NCBI RefSeq assembly: GCF_006345805.1 | Contig: NC_043001.1 | Span: 102,858,001-102,922,000, forward strand | Origin: Octopus sinensis | Taxonomy: Eukaryota | Length of the DNA: 64,000 nt | Direction: 5' to 3' | Shown here: positions 1 through 13,102 of the stretch, piece by piece | Layout of the letters: each line of letters opens with the position of its first letter | Numbering within the stretch: position 1 is the stretch's first letter | The notes under the pieces: model-generated | Databases searched by the model: none | What the model was told of the DNA's origin: nothing | What the model saw: the letters and a program-made list of their open reading frames with translations, nothing else | Position numbers and translations under genes: made by a program

Positions 1-455
1 TGGTTATATGTGAGTGCATGCATGTACTTGCGCATGCGTGCATGCACACATGCACACACACACACACACACACACTATTACACTTTCCAAAACAAATGAT
101 AAAATACATTCATGGCTACTGTGATGAGAGTATCAACTAAAGACAAGATGCAATAACTTTTTGGGAAGACTGCCTACTTCAAAAAGGACTCAGGTTAGCA
201 GCGTTCTTTCTGCTTCTATACAAATCTTGGCAAATAGAATACAAATATTCTTCAACTCAAGAAGTATATCAGATAAAAACATCTGCAAATGTATTTCATA
301 TGCAAGAAGCAAATCAGATATGAAGATCTATAAATCTTGAATGGATAATGCCAAAACAATATCATGTTTTAGTTAGTCTGTCAATGTAAATTATTAGCAT
401 ATAATGATCAGTTGGCATTAAATTTTCTATTCACTGCAAACGTATTGCATTCATA

Positions 456-618
456 GAAGTGGCTGTGTGGTAAGTAGCTTCCTTACCAACCTCATGGTTC
501 CGGGTTCAGTCCTACTGTGTGGCACTTTGAGCAAGTGTTTTCTGCTATAGCCTCAGGCCGACCAAAGCCTTGTGGGTGAATTTGGTAGACAGAAACTGAA
601 AGAAGCCCATCGTATGTA

Positions 619-653
<35 letters not shown>

Positions 654-855
654 GTGTGTGAGTGTGTGTCCCCAACATCACTTGACAAGTGATGCTGGTG
701 TATTTACATCCCCATAACATAGCAGTTTGGCAAAAGAGGCCAATAGAATAAGTACTAGGCTTAAAAAGAGTAAGTCCTGGGATCAATTTACTTGATTAAA
801 GGCGGTGCTCCAGCATGGCCACAGTCAAATTACTGAAACAAATTAAATAGAAAAG
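456..855 (+). mobile_element. tRNA-derived SINE family A (head GTGGCTGTGTGGTAAG...GGTTCAGTCC, internal microsatellite, tail TGACTGAAACAAGTAAAAGAG)
   Basis: A-box and B-box-like head; at least 8 similar copies in the window. Confidence 0.85.
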
Positions 856-1313
856 AATTCAGAACACAGGTATAGCCACAAAGTTAGTTTATTGGTATTA
901 GTTTCAAACGTTTGATCTCTCTGCTCATCACTGGGCCAGAGAGACTTCTGCAATAGCCTTAGGTCAACCCAGGCCTCCTAATTGACTTTGGCTTGTAGAA
1001 ACTGGGTGGAAACCTGGTGAATAAAATCTACACGTGCTTTTACACAACTACCTGACTTTTGACTCCATTAGATAAAATCCACACTGTTGCAAACATTCAG
1101 CCTAGATCTCCATTCTGGGAATGATTGGTATTTTTGCCCCTTTGCCCCTGCCAATTTTGAAGGCACTGCAAAAAAGTCATAGCAACACCTTTTTTGCCCT
1201 CTGACTAAAGTACATAAATATTTAAAAATAAATGTATGAAGTGTCTTAGTCATTAGTTTTTTTTACATAATTATGAAGTTAAATGAAGTCACATTTATGG
1301 TTATGAGCAATCT

Positions 1314-1562
1314 CATCATCATCATCGTTTAACGTCCATTTTCCGTGCTAATACGGGTTGGACGGTTCGACCGGGGTCTGGGAAGCCAGGAGGCCACACC
1401 AGGTTCCAATCTCACCTGGCAATGTTTCTACAGCTGGATGCCCTTCCTAATGCCAACCACTCCGTGAGTGTAGTGGGTGCTTTTTACGTGCCACCAGCAC
1501 AGGTGCCAGGTGAGGCTGGCAGTGGCCACGATTGGTTGGTGCTTTTTACGTGCCACCGGTAC
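1314..1562 (-). mobile_element. Short RTE-3'-end element ((CAT)n-tailed)
   Basis: Reverse complement of 13440-13700. Confidence 0.85.
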
Positions 1563-2185
1563 AGAAGCCATCTGTATTTAGAAATAGTGAAGATTGAGCA
1601 AGTAAAGGAAACCTGAAGATATAGTTATATTTCAGTTTTGTATTAGTCCCAAAAATATAATAGGATATGTTTATCAACAATCCCCATCATTTGTGAAATA
1701 GAAAAAATATATGAAAAATAGTGAAGAAATCATCAGAAACAACCTTCCTCTCTACATTTTCTATTTCCCCCACTCACCCCACCTCTCCCTAAATATCAAC
1801 TCATCTGGTGGCTATCAACTATCAGAAAATCTTCCAAAACTGCTATCCCCAATCAGATGACTTTGGGAGACATGTAGCTTCTATGCACCACAGAGCACAG
1901 GCTAAGAGTGTTGATGCTCTGGTCATTCTGGTTTGCAAACAAACAGCAGAGAGTTGAGGGGAATTCTGAATTCAGTAAGACAACTTTTCCAAGTGTTGCT
2001 GCCAAAATATAACTCCATGGTCTTTATTCTAGGGGTCAGGTAAGGATTAACACACTGTTTCATCTGGCCATTGGCTTACAGATAAGGGATACAGAAAATT
2101 ACAGTCGGTCTACTGCATAACATCTTGAAGTGGTTGCATGTCAAGGAGCACATAATTTTGGATACTCTCTCTCCTTCTATTTCTC

Positions 2186-2475
2186 CAGACCAACCAAAGC
2201 CTTGTGAGTGGATTTGGTAGGCGGAAGCTGGAAAGAAGCCCATCATATGTGTATGTATATATGTTTGTGTGTGTGTGTGTGTATGTGTTTGCCCCTCGAA
2301 CATCGCTTGACAACCGATGGTGGTGTGTTTATGTTCCCGTAGCTTCGCGGTTCGATAAAAGAGACCAATAGAATAAGTACTAAGCTTACAAAGAATAAGT
2401 CCTGGGGTTGATTTGCTCAACTAAAGCGGTGCTCCAGTATGGCTGCAGTTAAATGACTGAAACAAGTAAGAGAGT
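2186..2475 (+). mobile_element. SINE family A, 5'-truncated
   Basis: Matches body and tail of 456-855. Confidence 0.8.
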
Positions 2476-3302
2476 AACAGATCGTTAACTTTGGATGCAG
2501 GATGCAGAAGTATATCATCCTTGAACACAACTTACGGAATTCTGGATACTTAACTAAGGTATTTGTGGGAAATGTACACTTACGAAAGGCTTAAAATACA
2601 CTCTAATTATCTGAAGTGTTTTCATGAGTAGAGACTCAAATTTATCTAATGGCACAAGAACTTCAGTTCATAGATTACAAAAAGTTGGGTTTAACTCTCA
2701 ATATAATAGGCAAGCATGAATGAAAGCGATGCCAGCTTTGGTAATATTAACGCATGCAGAACTAACTAATATTCTCAGAGAATCGTTTACCAGCAAGCTC
2801 ATCAATGAGCAACATTTGGTTGAAATCAGTTAACCAAACACAGCTATTGTTCCCAATATTACAATTCCTATCAAATGTTTCTATAGGTAGCATACATGAA
2901 GTGGTTGAGTAGAATTTAATATAAATAGATCAAAAGGTATTCTATACAATTTGTGTGTCAAGGAAATTGTTCCAGAATAACAATTGGGAACAATCCAAGA
3001 AAGATTTAGCACTGAATCCATCAAATTCATTTGAAGTTACAGTGAGAAATATAAATTGCTCCCCTTGGATACCTTGAAGGATAGGTATGCTAAACGCACG
3101 AGGTTAATTCATGCATGCATGCACACCAACAGATATATACATACATACATATATATATATACACATATACATACATACAAATATACATTCATTCATACAT
3201 ACATATAGATATATACATAAATTTATATATATATATATATACATACATACATATATATATATACATTCATTCATACAAACATACATATAGATATATACAT
3301 AA

Positions 3303-3347
<45 letters not shown>

Positions 3348-6300
3348 TACACACACACACACATATACATTATCTCACATAAAACATCAACACATATGAC
3401 CATATCATGAACACTTACACACATGTACACACAATTTTGAATGCACATAAAACTTTGCATGTTGACATGCAACTGTGTGCACTTGTGTGCATGCATACGC
3501 ATATTAGAGGGCAAAAAAAATGAAATTCAGCTCAGTTTCAGCAAGATGAGTTTAATGAATCTAAGTTAGCTCAATGTGTACACTTCTAAAAACTTTTTTT
3601 GTGTGAGCGCGTTTGGTCTGTATCCAGTAGATTTGCTTTCAATCACTCATCCCCTTCAATATCTTTATCCCTGTCGTCCTCCTCATTAATTTAATGTCCA
3701 CTTCTCCATGCTGGCACATGCTGAGCATGGCTTTACACCCTGATGACTTTTCCGATGCCAGCTCTTAATTGGTTTTTATGGCAGGCAGGAAAAATAATGA
3801 ACCTCTTTTAAACACCAGGGTATATATGGCACACAATTTATTCAAATGCACAATAAAAATCAACATGCACACACATGCTATTAAGGAACCTTATAGGTTG
3901 TCAATCAGCTCTCAAAGATAGCAGCCAAATTTCTCTCATATCATGTCCACTTTCATGCAAAAGGGGAAGTTACACTGAATAATGTAGTTTAATGTAGTTA
4001 AAGATAACTTTAAAACAATCAGATGGTCCTGGCTAAAACACCATCAATCAGTCAGAGCTGACCTAGTGTTAAACAACAATGCACTTCACACACAACAGAC
4101 ATATCCACAATACAGTACTAACAACACAGCACATAGAACAACACAATGCACAGCACAACAACACATGACTCAAAGCAAACAACGTGTATAGCACAACATA
4201 CTTTGAATATAGCCTAACAAATATACAGTACAATACAAGCATCACACATGCAGAATACAGAACATGAACACGCATACACAGACACACAAAACACAGTAAA
4301 ACAAAACAGAATAGAATCATAAGACAGGGTCACACATATAGACAGAGTCAGGTGTATAATTACATGAACATTAAGTTAGTGAAAAGTAACCAAACAGAAG
4401 TAAAATCTAGATTTGTGTAGTAAGCACAGTAAATGTCTAGAGGGAACATTACAAATCCAGACATATTCAAGAGAAGACACTGAATTAATATACTTCAGCA
4501 TTTTATAACACGGCCATACAGATGAGTCAATGAACTACAAGAATATGTATGAGAAAATAATGAAGACCTTTCCTTTCATACACTATACACAGAAACACAT
4601 GAATTTAGAAATATATATATAAATAATTATATGTGTATATGTGTATATATAAAGATATATGATAATGTGGGATAGAGAAGGAAATTAATACACAAATGAA
4701 GAGACAAATGGCTGCTGGCTGAAGTATGCAAATGATTTAGAGAAAGAGAAATAATATAAAGTCAAACTATTTGAGAGGATAATAAAAGAGAGAATCATAC
4801 ACGTAATAGATTAATGTGTGCTTGCACATGCGTATGAGGTAGAAATGCCTATGTGGGGGTGAGGTGAGGATAAATACTGCTTTGAGCACATAGAATATGT
4901 AAAAATATATAGTCTCACAGATATTGAGAGAGAGAGAGGAAGGAGAGGGAAGGGTAAATGAGACTCACAGATAGAGCAAGAGTGGACAATGATATAGAGA
5001 AATGAATGAATGAAAGAGAGAGAGGGAAGACAGTGACAGACAGACAGATGAATGGAAAGAGAAAGAGAATGCAACAGATATAGAAAGAGAAATAGATAGA
5101 GAGATGGGGAGAGGAATGGACATAGAGAGATAGGAGAGCCAGACAGACTAGGAGATGGAAAGAGAGATGAGAGAGAGAGAGAAGCAGAAAGGCGCATAAA
5201 CAGATCTACTTAATAGATAGATTATAGAAATAAGATATAAATAAATAAACACACACATACCCATAGACATGTATGTATGATTGTAAGTATGAAGTATGTG
5301 TATATGTGAACAGTAATGTATATAGATACCTTTAAATATACAAGAACTTAATCTCCAAAGTTAAAAGTAATCCCTTCTCTTTTCCCTCATTCATTTGGCA
5401 AAATTAAAGACAAGGAAATTTAACAGTTAAAATTAAAATAAGCAACTCATTTGTGATTCAATGACAGAAATTAATATTGTTGGTTTACCATTAGACACAT
5501 ATGATTAATGTATAGATACTTAAATATCAGTTATATGTTAAATATGACATATGAGGTGAGTAAAATGCTACCAATTGTGAGATAGGTATATATACAAAAG
5601 TGATGAGATGGTCTTCAATTTAAACAACATTGTGAATGCCCACCACTAAGTGAGTCAATATGAAAGCGGACTGAAAATAAAGTAGTTAAGGTAGAAAATT
5701 AACCAGAGCAAAATGTCTTCCCAAGGCAGGATATAAAATTGAAAATATCCTCACTGAAATGCACAGAGTTATATGACTAGCTGCAGTTTTATAAAGAACA
5801 TGGAGCCATAAACAAAACCAGACTGAAAGACAAGAGTAAAACACCATTTAATAAATGGAATAATACATTGAAATTATGATACATGATCAATATTTAATTT
5901 TGAGACTATTACCGAGCTTTTGTGTATACTGGATCTCATTCTCCAGCAGCTAACTTGAGGACTGCTCACACAAAACAAACTGAATAACCCATGTTCAAAA
6001 AGCTAACCAACCGCACCTAAAATGTGGAATCTAAAATCTGGATGAATGCACAATGGCTAACATGGTCAGATATGAATATACTTATTGCTGACTTACCTAG
6101 AAGGCAATGATTCTGAGTTCTAATCCTTCCACAGTCAAATTTTATAATCATCTGTAAAGATGTTTTTTTTTAGTGTATTAGTCACAGTGAACACTATTCC
6201 ACATTTGGTATCCTATGTCACTGTAAATCTTTAATGTATTATCATAAGGTCACTTGAGTTTTAGACTCCCTAGTGACATACTGAAGACTCAGTCTGCTCT

Positions 6301-8914
6301 TCTGGCTCTCGGTCACTTACAATGATGTGTGTCCCAGTTAAAAGTTAAAATGATCAACCAAACAGCCTGCTTGTGAAGTTAACGTGCAAGTGGCTGAGCA
6401 CTCCACAGTCATGCGTACCCTTAATGTAGTATTCAGAGAGATTCAGTATGACACAGAGTGTGACTATGCCGCCCTTTTGAATCACAAGTACAACTCATTC
6501 TCACTACAGCTGACTAAATTCTTACTCTGTTGAGTTTAGGACCTTTAATCTGGTCTTATCTGTACTTTAATATACTTTTATCTCTATTTCTCCCTAATTC
6601 CTATTTTCTCCTGACCCTGATAATGTCCAGCCATTGTGCTGTTTGTGTTCAAATAAGTAACAAAAATATTATATTACTTGAAAACAGGTAATGGTTGGTA
6701 ACAGAAGAGGATCTGACCAGAGAATGTCTACTTGAATGAATTTTATCCAATGCATCCAAGAATAGAAAAGTTGATGTTACAATGAAGATGATATATATCT
6801 TTACATACAGTAGTAGTGAAGAAGTTTACACTGAAATTGTTACAATGGAACAAAGCAGTGCAAGGAAATAAAAGCAATTTCTATAACTAGGGACAATGTC
6901 CTGCGGCAGGTAAAGATACAACCAAATTGTGTTTGCCAAAAGAAATCAAGCAGGATTATATTGTTAGATGAAGAGACAGATTTGCTAAATACTGAAGGTA
7001 ACTCCATCTCAACACACACATGAATTTATTCAAACACACACAAAGATTTATTAAAAATTATCTGAAGAAACAAAACACATTAATTTTACAATTTGTTGAA
7101 TTAATTTTAAAATGTGATGAAAAAAGTCAATAAGTGAATAAGAGATGAGAATACAATGAAGTGAAGATGTTGGAGAGTGAGTCATACATCATGGGTTTAA
7201 ATGACTTTTTTCAGTATTTTGTTTTGTTTTTTAGTGTTGTTTTTTTTTTGCCAGGATATGTAGTTTAATATTATCTTATTACACTAAACACCACTCTAAG
7301 GATCTTACTGATTCATAGAAGGATTAACTTTTAAAATAAACACACACACAACGTACTAAGTGTATATGTACAACTGAATGATTGACTCTTTGGTAAAGAA
7401 TATCTGTTTTTCTCCCCTAAACAGAATTGCAAAAAAAAAAGAATCACTGACATCATTCACTGGCAATTTCTACATAAACATCTACATCAATATAACTCAT
7501 CTAAGAAAAAAAAGAAAAGAATTAAAAGAAGTCATGGATAAATACAGAAAACTAGATACTATATGATGTCAGTTAACTCTGTAATAAACAAGAAGCCCTA
7601 GAGATAAATGCCTCATCAATCTATTCATTTAAAAGGAGAATGCTTCCTTAAATAAATCTGTTCTTCAAATTGCAAGTTCTTGTGGAAAGCTGAAATGGTG
7701 AAACCTTAGAAAATTTATGAGAAGAAAGATTTTGTAGGAGGGATATACCATGTTCAAATCTGGCAGCAAATGAAAGTAACATCTTTTTCCATTTCTCAGA
7801 GATACCAAGGTGCACCAGTCTCAGCTAAGTAAATAATTACAATAGCTTTGTGCATTTATTATTGTTATTATTGTTAGGGGAGGGGGTGGATTGGCACAAT
7901 TGTTAGATTGTTGAAAAATACCTCGTGCTATTTGTTCTAGCTCTTTACATTCTAAGTTCAAGCCCTACCAAGGTCAATTTTGCCTTTCATCTCCCTGAGG
8001 CCAACGAATTCAAATAGTGGTAAAGAAGTGGGATTTATGTAATCAACGAAGCCCCTCTATCTAAAATTGCTGGCCTTGTGCCAAAATACAAAATTATTAT
8101 TATCATCATCATCATTGAGTGAGAGAGCAGCACATGCTATCAAAATGATACTGAGATAAAATATACAAAGCCCAATATACCCATGACGACTACACACCTG
8201 ATAAGGGTACACCAGGCAGATGCATTATAACCATATGTGCATGACACAGTGACCTCATATCAAGACAAACAGCATATGAACTTGCAGGTGGGGTCAAGTT
8301 CAAATTCTTTTCAAATCAAGTAGCCCATTGTGCCCAAAAGGTGTGACGTATTATGTCACCGCTGTGAAAACAGATGACAGCATAAAGTACCAGAAATTTG
8401 AAGATAACAGAAAATGGAAAATTCTGAAGAAAACATCAAAGCCATTACTACAAGCAGTAGTAGCAACAACAAATTTCAAGACAAACAGAAAATGAAAACT
8501 TTTAACAATGAAGCCACCACCACCACAACCAACAACACATCATACATCGAAATTATTCAACAAAGATGGATGGAACATTCTTTTGACTGTGATTTGGGGA
8601 AAGATTTCAGAAAATGTTTGGGAGGTGCTGTCATTGAGCAAATTTATAGAACGGTGGGTTGAAAGTGGCAAAAATGACAAGAGTGGATGGCATCGCTCTA
8701 AGTACAGAACTGTGAGTTGGCGAACTGAAACTGGAGAAGGCAGTTGCCTTTGGTATTCAGGAAGATCTTGGATGGTGGGATTCCTCAATTACCCCTAGAG
8801 GTTTCTGTACAATTTTCATCTACAAATTGCACTACAGCATTTATATTTACATCCAATTTGTCCATGCTAACATGTTGGACACGATATACTGAGGCATTTG
8901 TGCGTGTGTCCATA

Positions 8915-9260
8915 TCATCATTATCATCATCGTCATATAACATCTGTTTTCCATGCTGGCATGAGTTGAATGGTTTGACTGGGGACTGGCAAGCCAGGAG
9001 GCCACACCAGGTTCCAATCTCACCTGGCAAGTTTCTACAGCTGGATGCCCTTCCTAATGCCAACCACTCCGAGAGTGTAGTGGATGCTTTTTACATGCCA
9101 CCAGCATGAAAGCCAGTCAGGCAGCACTGGCATTGGTCACACTCAGATGGTTCTTTTTACATGCTACCGGTAGAAGAGCCAGTCGGGGTGGGGGTGCTGG
9201 CAATGACCACATTCAGATAGGGCCTTTTACATGCCATTGGCATGGGTGCCAGTCAGGCAG
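8915..9260 (-). mobile_element. Short RTE-3'-end element
   Basis: Homologous to the RTE 3'UTR terminus. Confidence 0.8.
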
Positions 9261-10427
9261 CATATATTTGTTTATGTCCTGTAATCTAGTAGTTGGACAA
9301 ATAGAGTTCAATAAAATAAGTATCAGAGTCTTAAAAATTACTACTGGGCTAATTATGGTGTTGTAAACTTGTGAAGGTGGTGCTACAGCATGGTCATAGT
9401 CCAATAACAGGAATTATTAAAACAGTAGGCATGTACACCACACAACATACACAAATATGTGGCTGGATGTCTGCATAAATGAATGTATAAGACCTTTCCA
9501 CTCATATTCACAAATTAATCAGGAGTATTGATGAGTTCAGACAAAATTGAATGTTTTAAAACTGACTCCTTGAAATACTGAAGTATTAGATTTGTAGAAT
9601 TAGAATTCCTGTTGACAGGCTAACAAAGTACTTGACTTTATGATGAAGGTAAAATAGAAATTGATAAAATGATAAAATATAAAAATTTTTAATGTATATT
9701 TAATTTTAAGGGGAAAAACATAATAAAAATGTAAAAAATATTTGAAACAGATTTATCCAAAGTTTAGTAAATGGGAATGGAAAAATATTAATAAAAGTTT
9801 AAAAAAAAAAGCCAAGCCCAAAAGATGTCAATTGTTTCCTTTTCAAAGATGGAAATGTAAAGTTTTTGATATAATGACAAATACTAAATTTGAATGGCTC
9901 TTGTAATGTTGATGTTGCAATCTGGAACCAAAACCAATTTAACCAAAAGTTGAAAACTATGAATATACCCAAAATAAAATTAATTAAAAAGTTTATTGCC
10001 TAGTTCAGAGAAAGCTGTTGATTTAAACAAAATTATCAAGAAATAAACATGGAAGCAGAAAAATTTCTTATTATATAATGAATCAAATATATAAAACGAA
10101 AGACAAAATATCGTTACATAAGCTTATTTTGTTTGAATCCTAAGAATTTCAGCCAGATATCAGAATGATACAAGAATAATGGTAATATTTTCAAGTAGAT
10201 GTCATCCTGATAGCATACACACTCAGTATTAAGCAATATTATACCTAAGTTCATAAAACAAGGTTGGCAAAAGATTTTTTTCTTTTGTTTGTTTCTTTTA
10301 AAGTCACTCCCCTCAAGCAGTGAGTAAGAAAAACAGGCCTCAAGTAACCACTTTGTTGAGAGATTCAAAAGAAAAAAAAAATCTAATGAGAAACTACCCT
10401 AAAAATCATAAAACAACACTATGTTTA

Positions 10428-10927
10428 CAGTGGTTCTCAACTCAGGGGTCCATATAAGGTTTTGCAGTCAAAATTGATGTGCAACAAATCAGTTATATTT
10501 ATACAATACACAAAATAGTTCAACAATTCCTAATAATATTTAATTATAAAAATATTATAGGATTGTGATCCTGTCAGTGTAGGTGCCAAAAGAACCCAGT
10601 CCACATTGTAAAGTGGTTGGTGTTAGGAAGGGCATCCAGCTGTAAAAACCTTGTCAAAACTGACCTCGCCTGTGCTGGTTCCACATAAAAAGCACTAAGT
10701 CTACTGGAAGAGCATCCAGCTGTAAAAATCCTGCCAAAACAGTCACCGAAGTTTGGTACAGGCTTCTACCTAGCAGGCTCTTGTGAAACTGTCCCACCCA
10801 TACTAGCATAGAAGGCAGACATTAAACGATGATGAGGTTTTTTTAAATGTCAAATAACTATGAGGGTCCACCCGAGTAAAATAAGAATCACAGGGACCCA
10901 TAGGCAAAAGATGGTTGAGAACAACTG
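10428..10927. mobile_element. hAT/Charlie-like MITE
   Basis: TIRs CAGTGGTTCTCAAC (10428) and GTTGAGAACAACTG (ends 10927), typical of Charlie-type hAT ends. The 8-bp TSD is only partly matched. A similar right TIR, GTTGAGACCCACTG followed by TTCTAGG, lies near 53382-53402. Confidence 0.7.
10575..10835 (+). mobile_element. Short RTE-3'-end element nested in a hAT MITE
   Basis: AAGGGCATCCAGCTGTAAAAA...CATACTAGCATAG...ATTAAACGATGATG; lies between the TIRs at 10428 and 10927. Confidence 0.75.
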
Positions 10928-10981
10928 GTTTAAAAGAATATCAGGGAAAGGGGAAAAGAAAGAGTTTTACAAGACAGATAT

Positions 10982-13102
10982 TTGGTGAGAGCCACTGACC
11001 AGATCTGTGGCTGGTGCAAAGTCCCCTCTCGACCTAGAATAACGTGGTGGTGGAACAATATTGTAGACAGGGCTATTAGAGAAAAGAGACAGGCTTGGAA
11101 GATCTGGAAAAATGGGGGTAGCAGGGGATTGTATCAGACTGCCAAAAGAGAAGCTAGGAGACAGGTTTATTTAGCCAGAGGGGAAGCAGATAAGAAAAAA
11201 TTTGCCAATGTTCTGCGCCGTGAGGACCAAAGACTGGAGGTGTTTCGTGTTGCAAGACAGTGTGTGAGAGAGAATCGTGATGTGGTAGGAGAGAAGTGTG
11301 TTCGCATGGAAGATGGTTCACTTGCGCTAAATGAGGATGCAAAGAGAGAGGTTTGGAGATGCCACTATGAAAGGTTGCTGAATGAAGAAAATGAATGGGA
11401 TAAAGAGAGTCTGCCGAATGTTGACCCAACAGAGGGACCAGCTATCCGAGTTGATAGTTCCGTGGTAGCTAAGGCAATTAGAAGCATGAAGACAGGGAAA
11501 GCCCCAGGCCCATCAGGAATCACTGCAGAGATGCTCAAAATGTCTGGTAGTGTCGGCTATAGCCTAGTCACCCGTATAGTTAATCAGGTGATACACAAAG
11601 GGGTCATACCCAATGACTGGTGTAGCAGTATAATAGTCAACTGCTACAAAGGTAAAGGTGATGCCCTAGATACAAATAACTACAGAGGTATCAAGCTGTT
11701 GGACCAGGTGATGAAGGTTACGGAGAGGGTCATAGCCCAACTAATTAGAGAGAGAGTTAGTTTAGATGAGATGCAGTTTGGGTTTGTGCCAGGGAAAAGT
11801 ACTACTGATGCTATATTCCTGGTAAGGCAGCTGCAGGAGAAATACCTAGCCAAAGATAAGCCCCTGTACCTGGCTTTTGTTGACATGGAGAAAGCCTTCG
11901 ACAGGGTCCCCCGATCCCTTATCTGGTGGGCAATGAGGAAACTAGGGATAGATGAATGGTTAGTGAGAGCTGTGCGGTCCATGTACAGGGACGCCGCTAG
12001 TAGGGTGAGGGTTGGAAATGTGTACAGTGAAGAATTCCGGGTAGAGGTAGGAGTCCACCAAGGCTCAGTACTCAGCCCCCTCCTATTTATCATAGTCCTC
12101 CAGGCAATAACGGAGGAATTCAAGACAGGATGCCCTTGGGAGCTCCTCTATGCTGATGACCTTGCTCTAATTGCTGAGTCGCTATCAGAACTGGAGAAGT
12201 TTCAGGTGTGGAAACAAGGATTAGAATCGAAGGGCCTCAGAGTCAATCTAGCTAAAACCAAAGTCGTAATCAGTAGGAAGGTAGACAAATCACAAACACC
12301 TTCAGGTAGATGGCCCTGCTCGATCTGTAGAAAAGGTGTAGGTAGAAACTCTATAAGATGCACCAAGTGTAAGCTATGGACACATAAGAGATGCAGCAAT
12401 GTCAAAGGAAGGCTAACTAGGAAGATGGTTTTTGTATGTGGCAGATGCTCAGGAACAATAAACACTGAAAATGCTCTGAGACCAACTTCCGTCACTTTCC
12501 AGGGAGAAAAACTAGAAATAGTTGATAGTTTCCGTTACCTAGGTGACCAAGTCAGCAGCGGGGGCGGGTGTGCTGAAAGTGTAACTGCTAGAGTAAGAAT
12601 AGCTTGGGCAAAGTTCAGAGAGCTCTTACCTCTACTGGTGACAAAAGGCCTCTCGCACAGAGTGAAAGGCAGACTGTATGATGCATGTGTACGAACAGCC
12701 ATGCTACATGGCAGTGAAACATGGGCCGTGACTGCTGAGGATATGCGTAAGCTCGCTAGAAATGAAGCCAGTATGCTCCGATGGATGTGTAATGCCGGTA
12801 CTCACACTCGGCAGAGTGTAAGTACTTTGAGAGAAAAGCTGGACCTAAGAAGCATCAGTTGTGGTGTGCAAGAGAGACGTTTGCGCTGGTATGGTCATGT
12901 GGCGAGAATGGATGAAGATAGTTGTGTGAAAAAGTGCCACACCCTAGCGGTTGAGGGAACCTGTGGAAGAGGCAGACCCAGGAAAACCTGGGACGAGGTG
13001 GTGAAGCACGACCTTCGAACTTTAGGTCTCACTGAGGAAATGACTAGAGACCGAGACCTCTGGAAGTGTGCTGTGCGCGAGAAGACCCGGCAGGACAAGT
13101 GA
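10982..13102 (+). CDS. RTE ORF remnant: linker + reverse transcriptase + PHD-like zinc finger + C-terminal domain (706 aa, endonuclease missing)
   Basis: RT motifs KAPGPSG, NYRGIKLL, QFGFVPG, FVDMEKAFDRV, GVHQGSVLSPLLF, LLYADDL, FRYLG. C4HC3 pattern CSIC...CTKC..WTHKRC...CGRC. C-terminal LRWYGHV...GRGRPRKTW. Confidence 0.9.
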   Translation: MVRATDQICGWCKVPSRPRITWWWNNIVDRAIREKRQAWKIWKNGGSRGLYQTAKREARRQVYLARGEADKKKFANVLRREDQRLEVFRVARQCVRENRDVVGEKCVRMEDGSLALNEDAKREVWRCHYERLLNEENEWDKESLPNVDPTEGPAIRVDSSVVAKAIRSMKTGKAPGPSGITAEMLKMSGSVGYSLVTRIVNQVIHKGVIPNDWCSSIIVNCYKGKGDALDTNNYRGIKLLDQVMKVTERVIAQLIRERVSLDEMQFGFVPGKSTTDAIFLVRQLQEKYLAKDKPLYLAFVDMEKAFDRVPRSLIWWAMRKLGIDEWLVRAVRSMYRDAASRVRVGNVYSEEFRVEVGVHQGSVLSPLLFIIVLQAITEEFKTGCPWELLYADDLALIAESLSELEKFQVWKQGLESKGLRVNLAKTKVVISRKVDKSQTPSGRWPCSICRKGVGRNSIRCTKCKLWTHKRCSNVKGRLTRKMVFVCGRCSGTINTENALRPTSVTFQGEKLEIVDSFRYLGDQVSSGGGCAESVTARVRIAWAKFRELLPLLVTKGLSHRVKGRLYDACVRTAMLHGSETWAVTAEDMRKLARNEASMLRWMCNAGTHTRQSVSTLREKLDLRSISCGVQERRLRWYGHVARMDEDSCVKKCHTLAVEGTCGRGRPRKTWDEVVKHDLRTLGLTEEMTRDRDLWKCAVREKTRQDK

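Noticed and set aside
880-935. Minus-strand TGATGAG...TTTGAAAC...AATAAA resembling a Penelope hammerhead end
   Set aside because: First core base is wrong and helix II does not pair; at best a very decayed relic.
4600-5330. Purine-rich tracts (also 31760-32040, 61500-61900) giving L/S-rich ORFs
   Set aside because: Degenerate (GA)n low-complexity DNA; the ORFs are compositional artefacts.
6097-6151. Minus-strand 55-nt segment with strong AG/GTAAGT sites (MIIKFDCGRIRTQNHCLL)
   Set aside because: Overlaps a decayed SINE B head (TTCTGAGTTCTAATCC) and does not resemble the next MASTL exon.
10114-10368. 84-aa minus-strand ORF as a host exon
   Set aside because: No recognisable homology, not MASTL-like and no supporting neighbouring exons.
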